A stretch of DNA of 64,000 bases, taken from positions 207,217 to 271,216 of the forward strand of contig CBFHOE010000006.1 in assembly GCA_965657355.1 (NCBI GenBank), written 5' to 3'. Below are positions 51,092-60,663 of this stretch, piece after piece. Position numbers and translations under genes: made by a program. The DNA comes from Limisphaerales bacterium. GTDB taxonomy: Bacteria > Verrucomicrobiota > Verrucomicrobiia > Limisphaerales > JAJOIW01. The first letter of the stretch is position 1. Every line of letters starts with the position of its first letter. Under the pieces are notes generated by a model. The model saw only the letters and a program-made list of their open reading frames with translations. It searched no databases and had not been told where the DNA came from.

Positions 51092-52765
51092 ATGGCTTTT
51101 TCAAAATGCCCTTTTTTGAAAAATTTATTGAGTCTTAGTGACAATGGAAGCGATGATGTCCTCTTGATTACGGGTAATCCAAATAAGATAGAATCAAAGC
51201 AGTGGACCCAATTTGTCTGGTTTTTTTGGGTTTTTGAATTAGTGGTCCGTCCCATTTTGGGAATCTTTCTCCCTATCGATTTAGCTGGGGATGAAGCGTA
51301 TTATTGGGAATGGGGACAACATCTTGATTGGGGGTATTTCAGCAAGCCCCCTGGGATAGCTTGGCTGATGGCGTTTGCCGATTGGGTAGGGCAAGGTTCA
51401 ACCCTGGGCATTCGACTCTTAGCATCAATATTAGGTATGGGTGGAGCTTGGTGTGTGGTGCTAATCGCTAAAAGGTGCTTCGGACATACCGCAGCAATAT
51501 GGATTGGCTGTGCTTGGATTTTAACCCCGGCAAATAGTGCTTTGCATTTATTGCTGACCATTGATGCTCCATTGGTGTGCTTCTGGTGCCTTGCACTTTG
51601 GGCGACTATTGAATGGATTGAACGGAAAGGAAGTTCTTTATCTCATGCCGTAATTATCGGAGTGGCAGTAATGTGCGGTATTCTCAGTAAGCAGATGATG
51701 CTCATATATTTTCCCTTATTAGTTTTTATTTTAATACTTGAGAAAGATTGGAGGCCTTTGCTGGCAAAATCACAAGTTTGGATTGCTGGGATCATCGGGC
51801 ATGTGGGTTTGATCCCTCCTCTATGGTGGAACTCACAGAATAACTGGATCACCTTCCAGCATACACTACATCATTTTGAATCAGCCCCACCAACCCTTAA
51901 TCAAAGAATTTCGAGGTTCTTTGAATTATTTGGTGCAGAAGCCGGGCTCGTAACACCAGTTCTATTTTTTCTTATTTTAGTTTCTGGCTTTAGTGTAGTT
52001 CGCCAATGGCGTGCTTCCGGACCTATTCTGCGTCTTCTGTGGTGGATGAGCTTTCCTGCCATTTTGGCTATGCTCGCCATGACTTGGAGACAGCGGGTAA
52101 ATCCTAATTGGCCAGCTGTATTTCTCATTGCAGGAACATTAATGGGTTGTGGTTATTTTTGGAAACGATGGGAAAACGATTTAAAAAGTAAAAATGATGG
52201 TGAACAAAAACCGCCCAAGAACTGGGTGAAAATCGGAGTCAAAGTTTCCGCCTCTTTCACATTACTGAGCTACCTTTTTTTGTGGCTTGTATCAAATGGA
52301 ATAGTCAATTTACCCGGTCTGGACCCATCTGCTCGCGTCCGCCAGTGGTCAAACATTGCTTATGATGTTTCCTCATCAGCTGAAAAGCATCTCCAACAAG
52401 ATCAGATAGAAGAGAAGTTTTTTTGGGTGGCCATCGGTCATAGGTTTTTGACGAGCCAGTTAGCTTTCTTTCTTGAGGGAAATCCTCGGGTTTATCGTTT
52501 TTCCCCCGAACCTGATATTCTCCGAAGTCAGCACGATTTATGGGATAACCCATCTAAGCTCATTGGACAAAATGGGGTGATCGTTGTCAGAGGGCAACCT
52601 GAGAATTTACCCAAAGAAATCGAGACCTATTTTGAAGATTTTAAGCTTCTCGAGATTATTTCTAATCCGCAAAGACGAAAAAAATGGAGGACCTTCAGTA
52701 TTTTTTATGGGAAGAACCTAAAGAATTGGCCAGAAAAAGATCTCAATAAAGCCCGCCACCAATAG
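51092..52765 (+). CDS. ArnT/PMT-like GT-C glycosyltransferase (GT83/GT39 type)
   Basis: DEAYYWEWGQHLDWGYFSKPP, LTIDAPL, GILSKQ, WWNSQNNWITFQH, NWPA. Confidence 0.88.
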   Translation: MAFSKCPFLKNLLSLSDNGSDDVLLITGNPNKIESKQWTQFVWFFWVFELVVRPILGIFLPIDLAGDEAYYWEWGQHLDWGYFSKPPGIAWLMAFADWVGQGSTLGIRLLASILGMGGAWCVVLIAKRCFGHTAAIWIGCAWILTPANSALHLLLTIDAPLVCFWCLALWATIEWIERKGSSLSHAVIIGVAVMCGILSKQMMLIYFPLLVFILILEKDWRPLLAKSQVWIAGIIGHVGLIPPLWWNSQNNWITFQHTLHHFESAPPTLNQRISRFFELFGAEAGLVTPVLFFLILVSGFSVVRQWRASGPILRLLWWMSFPAILAMLAMTWRQRVNPNWPAVFLIAGTLMGCGYFWKRWENDLKSKNDGEQKPPKNWVKIGVKVSASFTLLSYLFLWLVSNGIVNLPGLDPSARVRQWSNIAYDVSSSAEKHLQQDQIEEKFFWVAIGHRFLTSQLAFFLEGNPRVYRFSPEPDILRSQHDLWDNPSKLIGQNGVIVVRGQPENLPKEIETYFEDFKLLEIISNPQRRKKWRTFSIFYGKNLKNWPEKDLNKARHQ

Positions 52766-52779
52766 AAATTTGACGAAAA

Positions 52780-53487
52780 ATGCACGCGAGAAATAAAAAG
52801 ATTACGTTGGTTATAAACGTTTTATTACTACCTTTTATTGCCTTGTTATTGGTGAGTGTCTTAATCAACCTCACCGGAATCGATTTAAAAGTCTCCGGGA
52901 AATTTTGGGATGAACAAAAAAACTGGTATTTATCAAACCATCCCCTTTTTGTTTTCCTCTATAAATTTGGACCTTTACCCATTTTTTTCTTAGCTGGCGG
53001 AGCTCTTCTATTGATTTTATTTAAATATATTAAGAAGGGGTACAGCTTCCAACGAAGGGCCTGTTTGCTAATTATTTTATCTCTTCTATTGGGACCAGGC
53101 CTTGTCGTTAACGCTATTTTCAAAGAGAATTTTGGCCGACCAAGGCCCCGGAATACTGTCGAATTTGGTGGCAATGAACAATTTGTTCCTCTGCTCGTTT
53201 ACAATGGGAGTGGCTCTGGAAAGTCCTTCCCTTCCGGCCACGCCTCAATGGGGTTTCTGTGGCTAGCCTTTGCTCCATGGGCCATATCCCTGAGAAAAAA
53301 GAAATTGTTCATTGTGCTTATTTGCCTCGGTCTCATACACGGTGGATTGATGGGATTTGGAAGAATTGTCCAAGGGGGGCATTTCTTTGGTGACGTTTTA
53401 TGGTCAGCTGGAATGGACTATCTCATTGGTTGCCTTCTGCTTTATCCTCTCTTTGGAAAAGAACTGTTAGTCCAAAGCCGGAGATAA
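52780..53487 (+). CDS. PAP2-family membrane phosphatase (LpxE/LpxF-like)
   Basis: KENFGRPRP, SFPSGH, GRIVQGGHFFGDV. Confidence 0.88.
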   Translation: MHARNKKITLVINVLLLPFIALLLVSVLINLTGIDLKVSGKFWDEQKNWYLSNHPLFVFLYKFGPLPIFFLAGGALLLILFKYIKKGYSFQRRACLLIILSLLLGPGLVVNAIFKENFGRPRPRNTVEFGGNEQFVPLLVYNGSGSGKSFPSGHASMGFLWLAFAPWAISLRKKKLFIVLICLGLIHGGLMGFGRIVQGGHFFGDVLWSAGMDYLIGCLLLYPLFGKELLVQSRR

Positions 53488-53534
53488 TAATTTCTTTTAA
53501 GACCATGAGCTGAAGGTTATAAATATTTGAGCGG

Positions 53535-54275
53535 GTGAATATGACTGAATTTCGAATACCTTCTGGTCATTCATTATCAATAGTAGTTCCATTCTACAAC
53601 GAAGAAGAGAACATCCAGTTTGTCCTTGAAGAACTGAAGGCATCTGTTCCTGGAGCCGAAATTGTAGCGGTTGATGACGGTAGCTCCGATTCAACTTGGT
53701 CCATCATGTCCAAAATTAATGGTATCACGGCCATTAAATTGGAACAAAACCAAGGCCAAAGTGCTGCCATGTATATGGGCTTGAGAAAGTCCAAAGGATC
53801 TTTGTGTGCTTTAATGGACGGGGACGGGCAGACCGACCCGAAAGAATTTTCCAAATTACTTGATACCTTCGATCAGACGGCGTCGGATGTCGTATGCGGC
53901 GTTCGGGCAAAGAGAAATGATACCATGAGCCGTCGACTCGCGTCCAAATGGGCCAATAAAATTCGAAGGATGATTCTTGATGATGGTATTCGTGACACTG
54001 GCTGTTCTCAAAAATTATTTATCCGTGAGGCCATTGACTTGTTAGTACCGTTTAATGGGCTGCACAGATATCTTCCCGCTTTATTTAAGCATGCTGGATT
54101 GAGAATTGCAGAAGTGGAGGTAAACCATCGGTCTCGCCATGCGGGCGAATCGAAGTACACCAACTTTGATCGGGCTTTGAGGGGAATCTATGACTTGATT
54201 GGTGTCTCATGGTTGCTCAAACGGAAGGTTTATCCAAAAGTTCACAGCATAGAGGAACAAAACGATCATGCATGA
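53535..54275 (+). CDS. GT2 polyprenyl-phosphate glycosyltransferase (DPM1/RgtE-like)
   Basis: SIVVPFYNEE, VDDGSSD, NQGQSAA, MDGDGQTDP, DTGCSQK, LHRYLPAL, VNHRSRHAGESKY. Confidence 0.88.
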   Translation: MNMTEFRIPSGHSLSIVVPFYNEEENIQFVLEELKASVPGAEIVAVDDGSSDSTWSIMSKINGITAIKLEQNQGQSAAMYMGLRKSKGSLCALMDGDGQTDPKEFSKLLDTFDQTASDVVCGVRAKRNDTMSRRLASKWANKIRRMILDDGIRDTGCSQKLFIREAIDLLVPFNGLHRYLPALFKHAGLRIAEVEVNHRSRHAGESKYTNFDRALRGIYDLIGVSWLLKRKVYPKVHSIEEQNDHA

Positions 54276-54603
54276 AATCATTTTCGAAGGAGACGTATTC
54301 GGGAGCACTTTAACTGTAACCGGATGGAAAATCGTAGGATATCTTGGAGTTTTTCTATTCGCAGGGCGCTGGTTCGTCCAATTATATGCCTCAAAAAAAA
54401 GAGGAAGAACGCACATGCCAAATACGTTTTGGTATATGAGCGTCACAGGAAGCTTTATGCTGCTTGCCTATTTTATTTTTGGGAAAAATGACTCGGTAGG
54501 TATCCTTGCCAATTTATTTCCAGCAGGTGTTGCTTCCTACAATCTATTTTTAAATTATCGATATAAAAAACGGAAAGAGGCAGAATCACATGCTGAAGAT
54601 TAA
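54268..54603 (+). CDS. Lipid-A-disaccharide synthase N-terminal (LAB_N) domain membrane protein
   Basis: WKIVGYLGVFLFAGRWFVQLYAS..MPNTFWYMS..GS..LLAYF..DSV. Confidence 0.85.
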   Translation: MHEIIFEGDVFGSTLTVTGWKIVGYLGVFLFAGRWFVQLYASKKRGRTHMPNTFWYMSVTGSFMLLAYFIFGKNDSVGILANLFPAGVASYNLFLNYRYKKRKEAESHAED

Positions 54604-55097
54604 ATTATTTAATCTTTAGGTAACGAACTGGCACTTGATTCAATTCTTTTATCTTTTATTTTTTCACGAGTCCCGCATTGATATTCAGCCTTCCCGCATT
54701 GCGACAGATCTGAAAAATTACCAAGGTAATAATATATTGAGCCAAAATCTGTCTCCCTATTTTTTTCTACTATCTGTTTGAGAGAGGATTTTTACAGGGA
54801 TGACCGTATCATCATGGGTATTTCATTGTATCCGAGATTGTTGGGCAGAAAATATTCCGTTTACCTATTGTCGGGATAGTTCACTGGGTTTCTAAATAGA
54901 ATGTCCACACTTTTGCGAAATCGAATAAATAACAAAGCAGGAATAATTAAAAGAACACCCGAAGCCATCGTATGATTCTCATGACTTGGCGTAACTCATG
55001 GACTCATATTGATTAACTACTTAAGTCATCCTGCTTTCTGAGGGTAAACTTATTTTGGAGTGCCATAAGAGGCTAAGAGGGTTCAGTAACTCTCATA

Positions 55098-56213
55098 TCA
55101 ACCGGTAGGATGGAGCTCGCCCATTCGTCTGAAAATTCTGTTACCCGGTTGAGCAATGGGTTGGTTGTAGTCATTGTTGAATTTGAATTCATCCTGAACG
55201 ATATAAATTGGCCTTTGTCTCAGCTCTTCGTAAATACGAGCAACATACTCTCCGAGTATCCCAAGCGTGAGTAGTCCCATACCTCCAATACCTGAAAGGA
55301 GAATAACCAAGGTGGCCCAGCTGTCTACTGTATCGCCGTAACGTGCCCAGCGAAGTATCGTATACAACCCGTAACCTGCGCCCCCCACGATAGTGAGTAA
55401 TCCAGAAATAGAAGCCAATCTTAGTGGAATCAACGAAAAGGAAACTAAGGTTGTCCATGCCAATAAGCCCATCTTCTGGAGTGAATATTTAGTTTCTCCC
55501 TTTTTTATTGAAGGTCCTCGGTAATTGACGAATGTTTGGGGAAATCCTGCCCATGAATACAGATCACTCAAAAACCTCTTTTGTTCCCTCATCCGAAGAA
55601 CTTGGTCAAGGCAGCGGCGACTGACTAATCGAAAATCACCGGAATTCAAAGTGAGGTGCGAGGCTCCAGCAAACTTCATCAAACGATTGAAAAACCAAGT
55701 AGGCACTTTTTTAAAAATTGTTTCCCCCTCGCGATGGATTCTTTTTCCATGCACGACATCGTAACCCTGACAATAGGCCTTAACCATCCGGCGAATAACC
55801 GAGGGTGGGTCTTGCAGATCGGCGTCCATAACCACTACAGCGTCTCCTGTGGCTTTATCCAGGCCCGCCGTGACCGCTAATTGATGCCCAAAATTCCTTG
55901 AAAGGGTAATGGCTTTTAGTTTGAAAAAAGTCGGTCTCCATTTACAAATTTTGTCCCAGGTATCATCTGAGGATCCGTCATCCACGAGAACAACCTCTAA
56001 ATTGAATTGGGTCTGCTGGACGAAATCTTCCATGGCCAAACGAAGGGAGTTGACTGCTTCAGTTTCGTTATAACAAGGTATAACTATACTTAATAATTTT
56101 GGCTCTGGTCTTTGTTTGAGTTGGTTCATGTAACTCTGGTATGGACTCATTTTAAGCGGTCCCTCTGTAGTAAATCGGCACAAATTAAATGGCTTTAAGT
56201 AGCTCTCATCCAC
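55098..56213 (-). CDS. GT2 bactoprenol glycosyltransferase (GtrB/YkcC/ArnC-like)
   Basis: SIVIPCYNE, VDDGSSD, LSRNFGHQ, MDADLQDPP, GDFRL, two C-terminal TMs, GEYVARIY; true start probably downstream. Confidence 0.88.
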   Translation of the reverse strand: MDESYLKPFNLCRFTTEGPLKMSPYQSYMNQLKQRPEPKLLSIVIPCYNETEAVNSLRLAMEDFVQQTQFNLEVVLVDDGSSDDTWDKICKWRPTFFKLKAITLSRNFGHQLAVTAGLDKATGDAVVVMDADLQDPPSVIRRMVKAYCQGYDVVHGKRIHREGETIFKKVPTWFFNRLMKFAGASHLTLNSGDFRLVSRRCLDQVLRMREQKRFLSDLYSWAGFPQTFVNYRGPSIKKGETKYSLQKMGLLAWTTLVSFSLIPLRLASISGLLTIVGGAGYGLYTILRWARYGDTVDSWATLVILLSGIGGMGLLTLGILGEYVARIYEELRQRPIYIVQDEFKFNNDYNQPIAQPGNRIFRRMGELHPTG

Positions 56214-56274
56214 GGAGTTGGCGAATTTACGAAACCGGCTTGTTAATTTATGGTTTTGAGGGCAGTGTTAGGAC

Positions 56275-57624
56275 ATGCACCGAAGACAATTTTTAAAATC
56301 AACTGCCGCTGGCCTAGCGATGGCCTCGTCTGGTTTAACTGCTGCCGATTTGGCTGATATTGGTAAAAAGAAGGTCGCCCTCATCGGATCGGGTTGGTAT
56401 GGAAAATGTGATTTGCTGAGGTTGATCCAAGTCGCCCCTGTTGAGGTTGTTGCTCTTTGCGATGTGGATAAAAAGATGCTTGATGAAGCCGCAAATATTG
56501 TCGCTTCTCGGCAGAAAAGTGGGAAAAAACCGGTTCAGTTTACCGATTATCGAAAGCTCTTGGATAATGAGGAACTCGATATGGTGCTGGTTGACACTCC
56601 AGATCATTGGCACGCACTACCAATGATCCAAGCCGCCCAAAGAGGGCTTGACGTATGGGTGCAGAAGCCAGTTGGTGTTGATGTTGTCGAAGGGCAAGCA
56701 ATGGTCGCCGCCGCAAAAAAATACAAAAGCGTCGTTCAGGTCGGCATGCAACGCAGGAGCACGCCACATTTAATTGATGCCAAGAACAAGATAATCAAAG
56801 AAGGTAAATTAGGAAAAGTGGGGCTCATCGAGGTTTACTGCTATTATCACATGCGATCACGCCAGAATCCTGCTGATACTCAGCCGCCAGCTCATTTTGA
56901 CTACGACATGTGGACCGGGCCAGCTCCGATGAGGCCATACAATAGTCTCGTGCATCCAAGGTCATGGAGAGCCTTCATGGAGTATAGCAATGGTATTCTT
57001 GGGGATATGTGTGTTCATATGCTGGATATGGTGCGATGGATGTTGGATTTAGGTTGGCCAAAGAAAATAAGCTCATCTGGCGGTGTCTATGTTCAAAAAG
57101 GAGTCAAGGCAAACACCACGGACACTCAAACAGCAACTTTTGACTATGGTGATTTACAAGTTGTCTGGCAGCATAGAGCTTGGGGAAATGCTCCAGATAA
57201 GGAATACCCGTGGGGGGCAACATTCTACGGTGAAAAGGGAACCCTCAAAGCTAGCGTCCAAAAGTATGATTTTATCCCTCGTGGTAAAGGAAATCCAATA
57301 CACCAGGATGTCGTTTATGAATTAGACCAGTACCCTGAAGATAAAGATGAAAAAGATCTGGAACGCCATGTGGCTCCAGCTATCAGGGGGCATATGCTCG
57401 ATTGGCTTCATGCAATACAGACCCGAGGAGAAACGGTCGCAAGCATTGAGCAGGGCCACATCTCTGGTTCTTCATGCATTCTTGCTAACTTATCTCAAAA
57501 GCTTGGTCGCAGCCTAATTTGGGATGAGGAAAAAGGAGAAGTCAAAGGGGATGCTGAGGCTAACGGTCTCTTGGCTCGTGAATATCGAGCCCCTTGGATT
57601 CACCCACACCCAAATAAAGTTTAG
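56275..57624 (+). CDS. Gfo/Idh/MocA oxidoreductase with Tat signal
   Basis: MHRRQFLK, IGSGWYG, TPDHWH, QKP, QVGMQRRS, GDMCVHMLD. Confidence 0.9.
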   Translation: MHRRQFLKSTAAGLAMASSGLTAADLADIGKKKVALIGSGWYGKCDLLRLIQVAPVEVVALCDVDKKMLDEAANIVASRQKSGKKPVQFTDYRKLLDNEELDMVLVDTPDHWHALPMIQAAQRGLDVWVQKPVGVDVVEGQAMVAAAKKYKSVVQVGMQRRSTPHLIDAKNKIIKEGKLGKVGLIEVYCYYHMRSRQNPADTQPPAHFDYDMWTGPAPMRPYNSLVHPRSWRAFMEYSNGILGDMCVHMLDMVRWMLDLGWPKKISSSGGVYVQKGVKANTTDTQTATFDYGDLQVVWQHRAWGNAPDKEYPWGATFYGEKGTLKASVQKYDFIPRGKGNPIHQDVVYELDQYPEDKDEKDLERHVAPAIRGHMLDWLHAIQTRGETVASIEQGHISGSSCILANLSQKLGRSLIWDEEKGEVKGDAEANGLLAREYRAPWIHPHPNKV

Positions 57625-57668
57625 TTGAAAATTTAACGTCAATTTCTTTTGAACGATCTTGTGACGCT

Positions 57669-58721
57669 ATGAGGGTTCTCATTGCCGGACAGGGATTGGC
57701 AGGAACCGCAGTAGCTTGGCGGCTGCGAGAAATGGGTCATGACTTCCTCATCATAGACCCGTGTGAAGAAACCACCTCTTCGATTGTTGCCGCCGGTTTA
57801 ATGACGCCTATTACTGGAAAAGATTTGACGCCGAGCTGGAGATTCAAAACTTTCTATAAACAGGCGGTTGAGTTTTACCGGAAATTGGAAAAAACTCTTG
57901 GTTCCCATTTATTTTACCCTACTGCTATTTCTAGAATTTTTATTAATCAATCAGAAAAGGATACTTTTAATCAGGCCTTTGAACAGGACGAATTCAGGCA
58001 ACACGTTGAGCAACTCGATAAATTTCCAAAATATGTGAGTGCCCCTCATGGAGGATTTACAATGCCTTCTGGAGGGCGGGTCAATGTAAAAGAAATTATC
58101 AAGCAAAGCAGGAATTACTTCTCTCAATACGACCAATTCAGGAAGGGGTTTTTTGATTTAGATAAGGTACTTCCATACAAAAATCATTTTGTATTTGAGG
58201 GTGAGAAGTTCGATAGAATAGTTCTTTGTCGTGGCTTTCGAGAAAGCAACTATATGGATCACAAAGCATTACAATTTGAGCCGAATCGCGGTCAGATGCT
58301 AAGAGTAAAAACTGAGCAATTTGTAAATGACCCGGTTTGGAATCAGAGAGGTCTTTGGTCTTTTAGAGAACCCGAACGTGGATCTGTACTTATCGGAGCA
58401 ACATACAATAGAATGCAAACTTCAGCTCATCCATCAGTTACTTCTTTCGAGCAAATTATAAGGCGTCTGAGAAGATATATGGAATTACCCAATGGTTCAT
58501 TCAAAATCATTAATCATCCCACAGGGATAAGGCCGATTATTCGAGGTTGGAAACTGGTGGCGGGGGCTCATCCGAGAATAAATAACCTTTATCTTTTTAA
58601 TGGGCTAGGCTCAAAGGGGGCACTTCGTGCTCCTACGTTTTCCCTTCAGCTGGTTAATCAAATAATTAATGGTGAACAAATCGATGCTGGCGTGGACTTC
58701 GGTATGGTAAATAATAAATAA
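57669..58721 (+). CDS. FAD-dependent oxidoreductase (DAO/glycine oxidase family, MnmC C-terminal-like)
   Basis: IAGQGLAG, SSIVAAGL, RGQML, IGATY, GIRP, FNGLGSKG. Confidence 0.85.
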   Translation: MRVLIAGQGLAGTAVAWRLREMGHDFLIIDPCEETTSSIVAAGLMTPITGKDLTPSWRFKTFYKQAVEFYRKLEKTLGSHLFYPTAISRIFINQSEKDTFNQAFEQDEFRQHVEQLDKFPKYVSAPHGGFTMPSGGRVNVKEIIKQSRNYFSQYDQFRKGFFDLDKVLPYKNHFVFEGEKFDRIVLCRGFRESNYMDHKALQFEPNRGQMLRVKTEQFVNDPVWNQRGLWSFREPERGSVLIGATYNRMQTSAHPSVTSFEQIIRRLRRYMELPNGSFKIINHPTGIRPIIRGWKLVAGAHPRINNLYLFNGLGSKGALRAPTFSLQLVNQIINGEQIDAGVDFGMVNNK

Positions 58722-58736
58722 TCTTACTGAAAAATT

Positions 58737-59318
58737 ATGAAATTTAGCAAAGCAGTGGAGTGGAGTCACAAAATGGCCAGTGAAGTCATTTCTATAGGTG
58801 ATACGGTTATTGATGGTACCTCTGGAAATGGACATGACACTTTGTTCCTTTTAAACCAAGTAGGCTCTGAAGGAAAAATATATTCCTTCGATATTCAGGA
58901 CGAAGCTATCTTGTCAACACGTGAAAAGCTCAAACGCTCCTCTCTCGATTATTCAGATGTAGTTTTAATAAACGCGAATCATGCCAAAATGGATGACTAC
59001 ATCCCTGATGATTGTATCGGGAAAGTGAAAGTTATTATGTTTAATTTTGGATATCTTCCAGGTGGGGACCACAGTTTGACAACTTCCGGAGATTCAAGCA
59101 CTAAAGCGGTAAGCCTTTCATTAAAGTATCTCGAACTTGGTGGCCGCTTAGTTTTGACCTTTTATACCGGCCACCCAGGTGGGAAAGAGGAAGCCTCACA
59201 AGTTACCGAACTATTAGAGAATTTAGACCCTAAAAAATTTGTCGTCCTCATTTACAAATTTATGAATTTGCCAAATACCCCCCCTTACGTCATCACTGTT
59301 GAGCGTGTTGATAGGTAA
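58737..59318 (+). CDS. mnmM: SAM-dependent methyltransferase of the YtqB/MnmM family
   Basis: VIDGTSGNGHDT, SFDIQ, MFNFGYLPGGD, YTGHPGG.EE, N..NTPP. Confidence 0.75.
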   Translation: MKFSKAVEWSHKMASEVISIGDTVIDGTSGNGHDTLFLLNQVGSEGKIYSFDIQDEAILSTREKLKRSSLDYSDVVLINANHAKMDDYIPDDCIGKVKVIMFNFGYLPGGDHSLTTSGDSSTKAVSLSLKYLELGGRLVLTFYTGHPGGKEEASQVTELLENLDPKKFVVLIYKFMNLPNTPPYVITVERVDR

Positions 59319-59321
59319 GAC

Positions 59322-59900
59322 TTACTCAGTAAGATTCAAATTGTGCGGGACAATGAAGTTAATTACTGGGCTTTTGCAGATCCCACTTTTCATGCACGCT
59401 TGCCAAGAGAATTGAACTTCGAATTCTCCTTTTTGTGCTGAAAGAGTGACGGGTTGGTAAATTGTCACATTTCCATCTGGGTAAATTGAGTATTCGATTC
59501 CTAAAGTTTCATTTGTTTCCACTACAGATTCTGACGATTCTGCGAAACCACCAGTTGACGTAACGACCCCGTTAGGAACTATTGCTATTGAAGTCGCTAC
59601 CCCGATTCCATCAGCTTTTATTGAGTCGTGGGATAGGGAATAAATGTAAAACCCTGGTTCGGCCGTCTTTAGCTGATAGCCTATGAGATAATCTCCTTTC
59701 GAAGATTTAAATAATGAGGATCTTAATGAAACTCCTTCTTTCGACTGGGTGGCAAGTTCTTGTAGCTCTTCCAGATCTTCAATTTTAGGCCCATCCGCTT
59801 CGATTAATTTTTGTCCTTTTGGGTCGTTGCCACAGCCGCAAAGAAAAATCAATAAGCATAGACTAGGTAAACTGAGACTGAAGGATAGTGACCTTATCAT
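59322..59900 (-). CDS. Lipoprotein with DsbD N-terminal (alpha)-like domain
   Basis: Lipobox-like LCGC, PGFYIYS, WQACMKSGICKSP. Confidence 0.6.
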   Translation of the reverse strand: MIRSLSFSLSLPSLCLLIFLCGCGNDPKGQKLIEADGPKIEDLEELQELATQSKEGVSLRSSLFKSSKGDYLIGYQLKTAEPGFYIYSLSHDSIKADGIGVATSIAIVPNGVVTSTGGFAESSESVVETNETLGIEYSIYPDGNVTIYQPVTLSAQKGEFEVQFSWQACMKSGICKSPVINFIVPHNLNLTE

Positions 59901-59915
59901 ATTTCAAATTTAGGT

Positions 59916-60650
59916 TTATGCTTCCATGGGTTTTCCACTTGGGCGGACTATGATCTCATCAATGGACGCATTAGTGGGCATCTCAACGGCAAAAAGCGCA
60001 CAATTTGCGACATCATCAGGGCTTAACATTTTTAAGCGAGCATCCTCGTCTGGTGGCGTAGGTCTTTGGTCGAGAAACTTCGTAGCTATATCTCCCGGAC
60101 AAACACAACAGGCACGGATGCCATTGCTTCTTTCTTCAGCATTGATAGACATTGTCAGGCCTCTTTGTCCAAATTTTGATGCGACATATGAGGGACCGGA
60201 TTTTGGGTAAGCTGTGATCCCAGCATCTGAAACTATATTGACAATTGTTCCAGATTTGTTCGCTCTCATATTTGGAAGAATTTCGCTGACGAAGTAATGA
60301 GTGCCATTCAAATTAACATCCACTATCCTTTCAAAATCTTCATGCTTGAGAATTTCGAATGAGCGATCGGGAACATTGAAACCGGCTGAATTGATTAAAG
60401 CATCGATATTTTTAAACTTTTCTAAAATGGCTTTTGCGGTCGCGGAAACTTGCTCTGAGCGACCGACATCACACTTGAATGGGACCAGGTTATCGGCAGC
60501 CTCATTTGCCTCCTGAATGGTAGTTTCCAGCGTTTCTAAGTTTCTGCCCACGATGGCGACTTGCCACCCTTTTTGAGCAAGTTTGATCGCTGACGACCTG
60601 CCTACCCCTGATCCGGCACCTGTAACAATTGCTTTTCTTGGTTCACTCAT
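59916..60650 (-). CDS. SDR-family oxidoreductase
   Basis: TGAGSGVG, INSAG, YVASKF, CPG. Confidence 0.9.
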   Translation of the reverse strand: MSEPRKAIVTGAGSGVGRSSAIKLAQKGWQVAIVGRNLETLETTIQEANEAADNLVPFKCDVGRSEQVSATAKAILEKFKNIDALINSAGFNVPDRSFEILKHEDFERIVDVNLNGTHYFVSEILPNMRANKSGTIVNIVSDAGITAYPKSGPSYVASKFGQRGLTMSINAEERSNGIRACCVCPGDIATKFLDQRPTPPDEDARLKMLSPDDVANCALFAVEMPTNASIDEIIVRPSGKPMEA

Positions 60651-60663
60651 TTTTATCTCTTGA

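Noticed and set aside
54604..55097. Pseudogene or small protein on the minus strand (MASGVLLIIPALLFIRF..., 35 aa) and a TCCCGCATTG duplicate
   Set aside because: Too short, with no recognisable homology by eye
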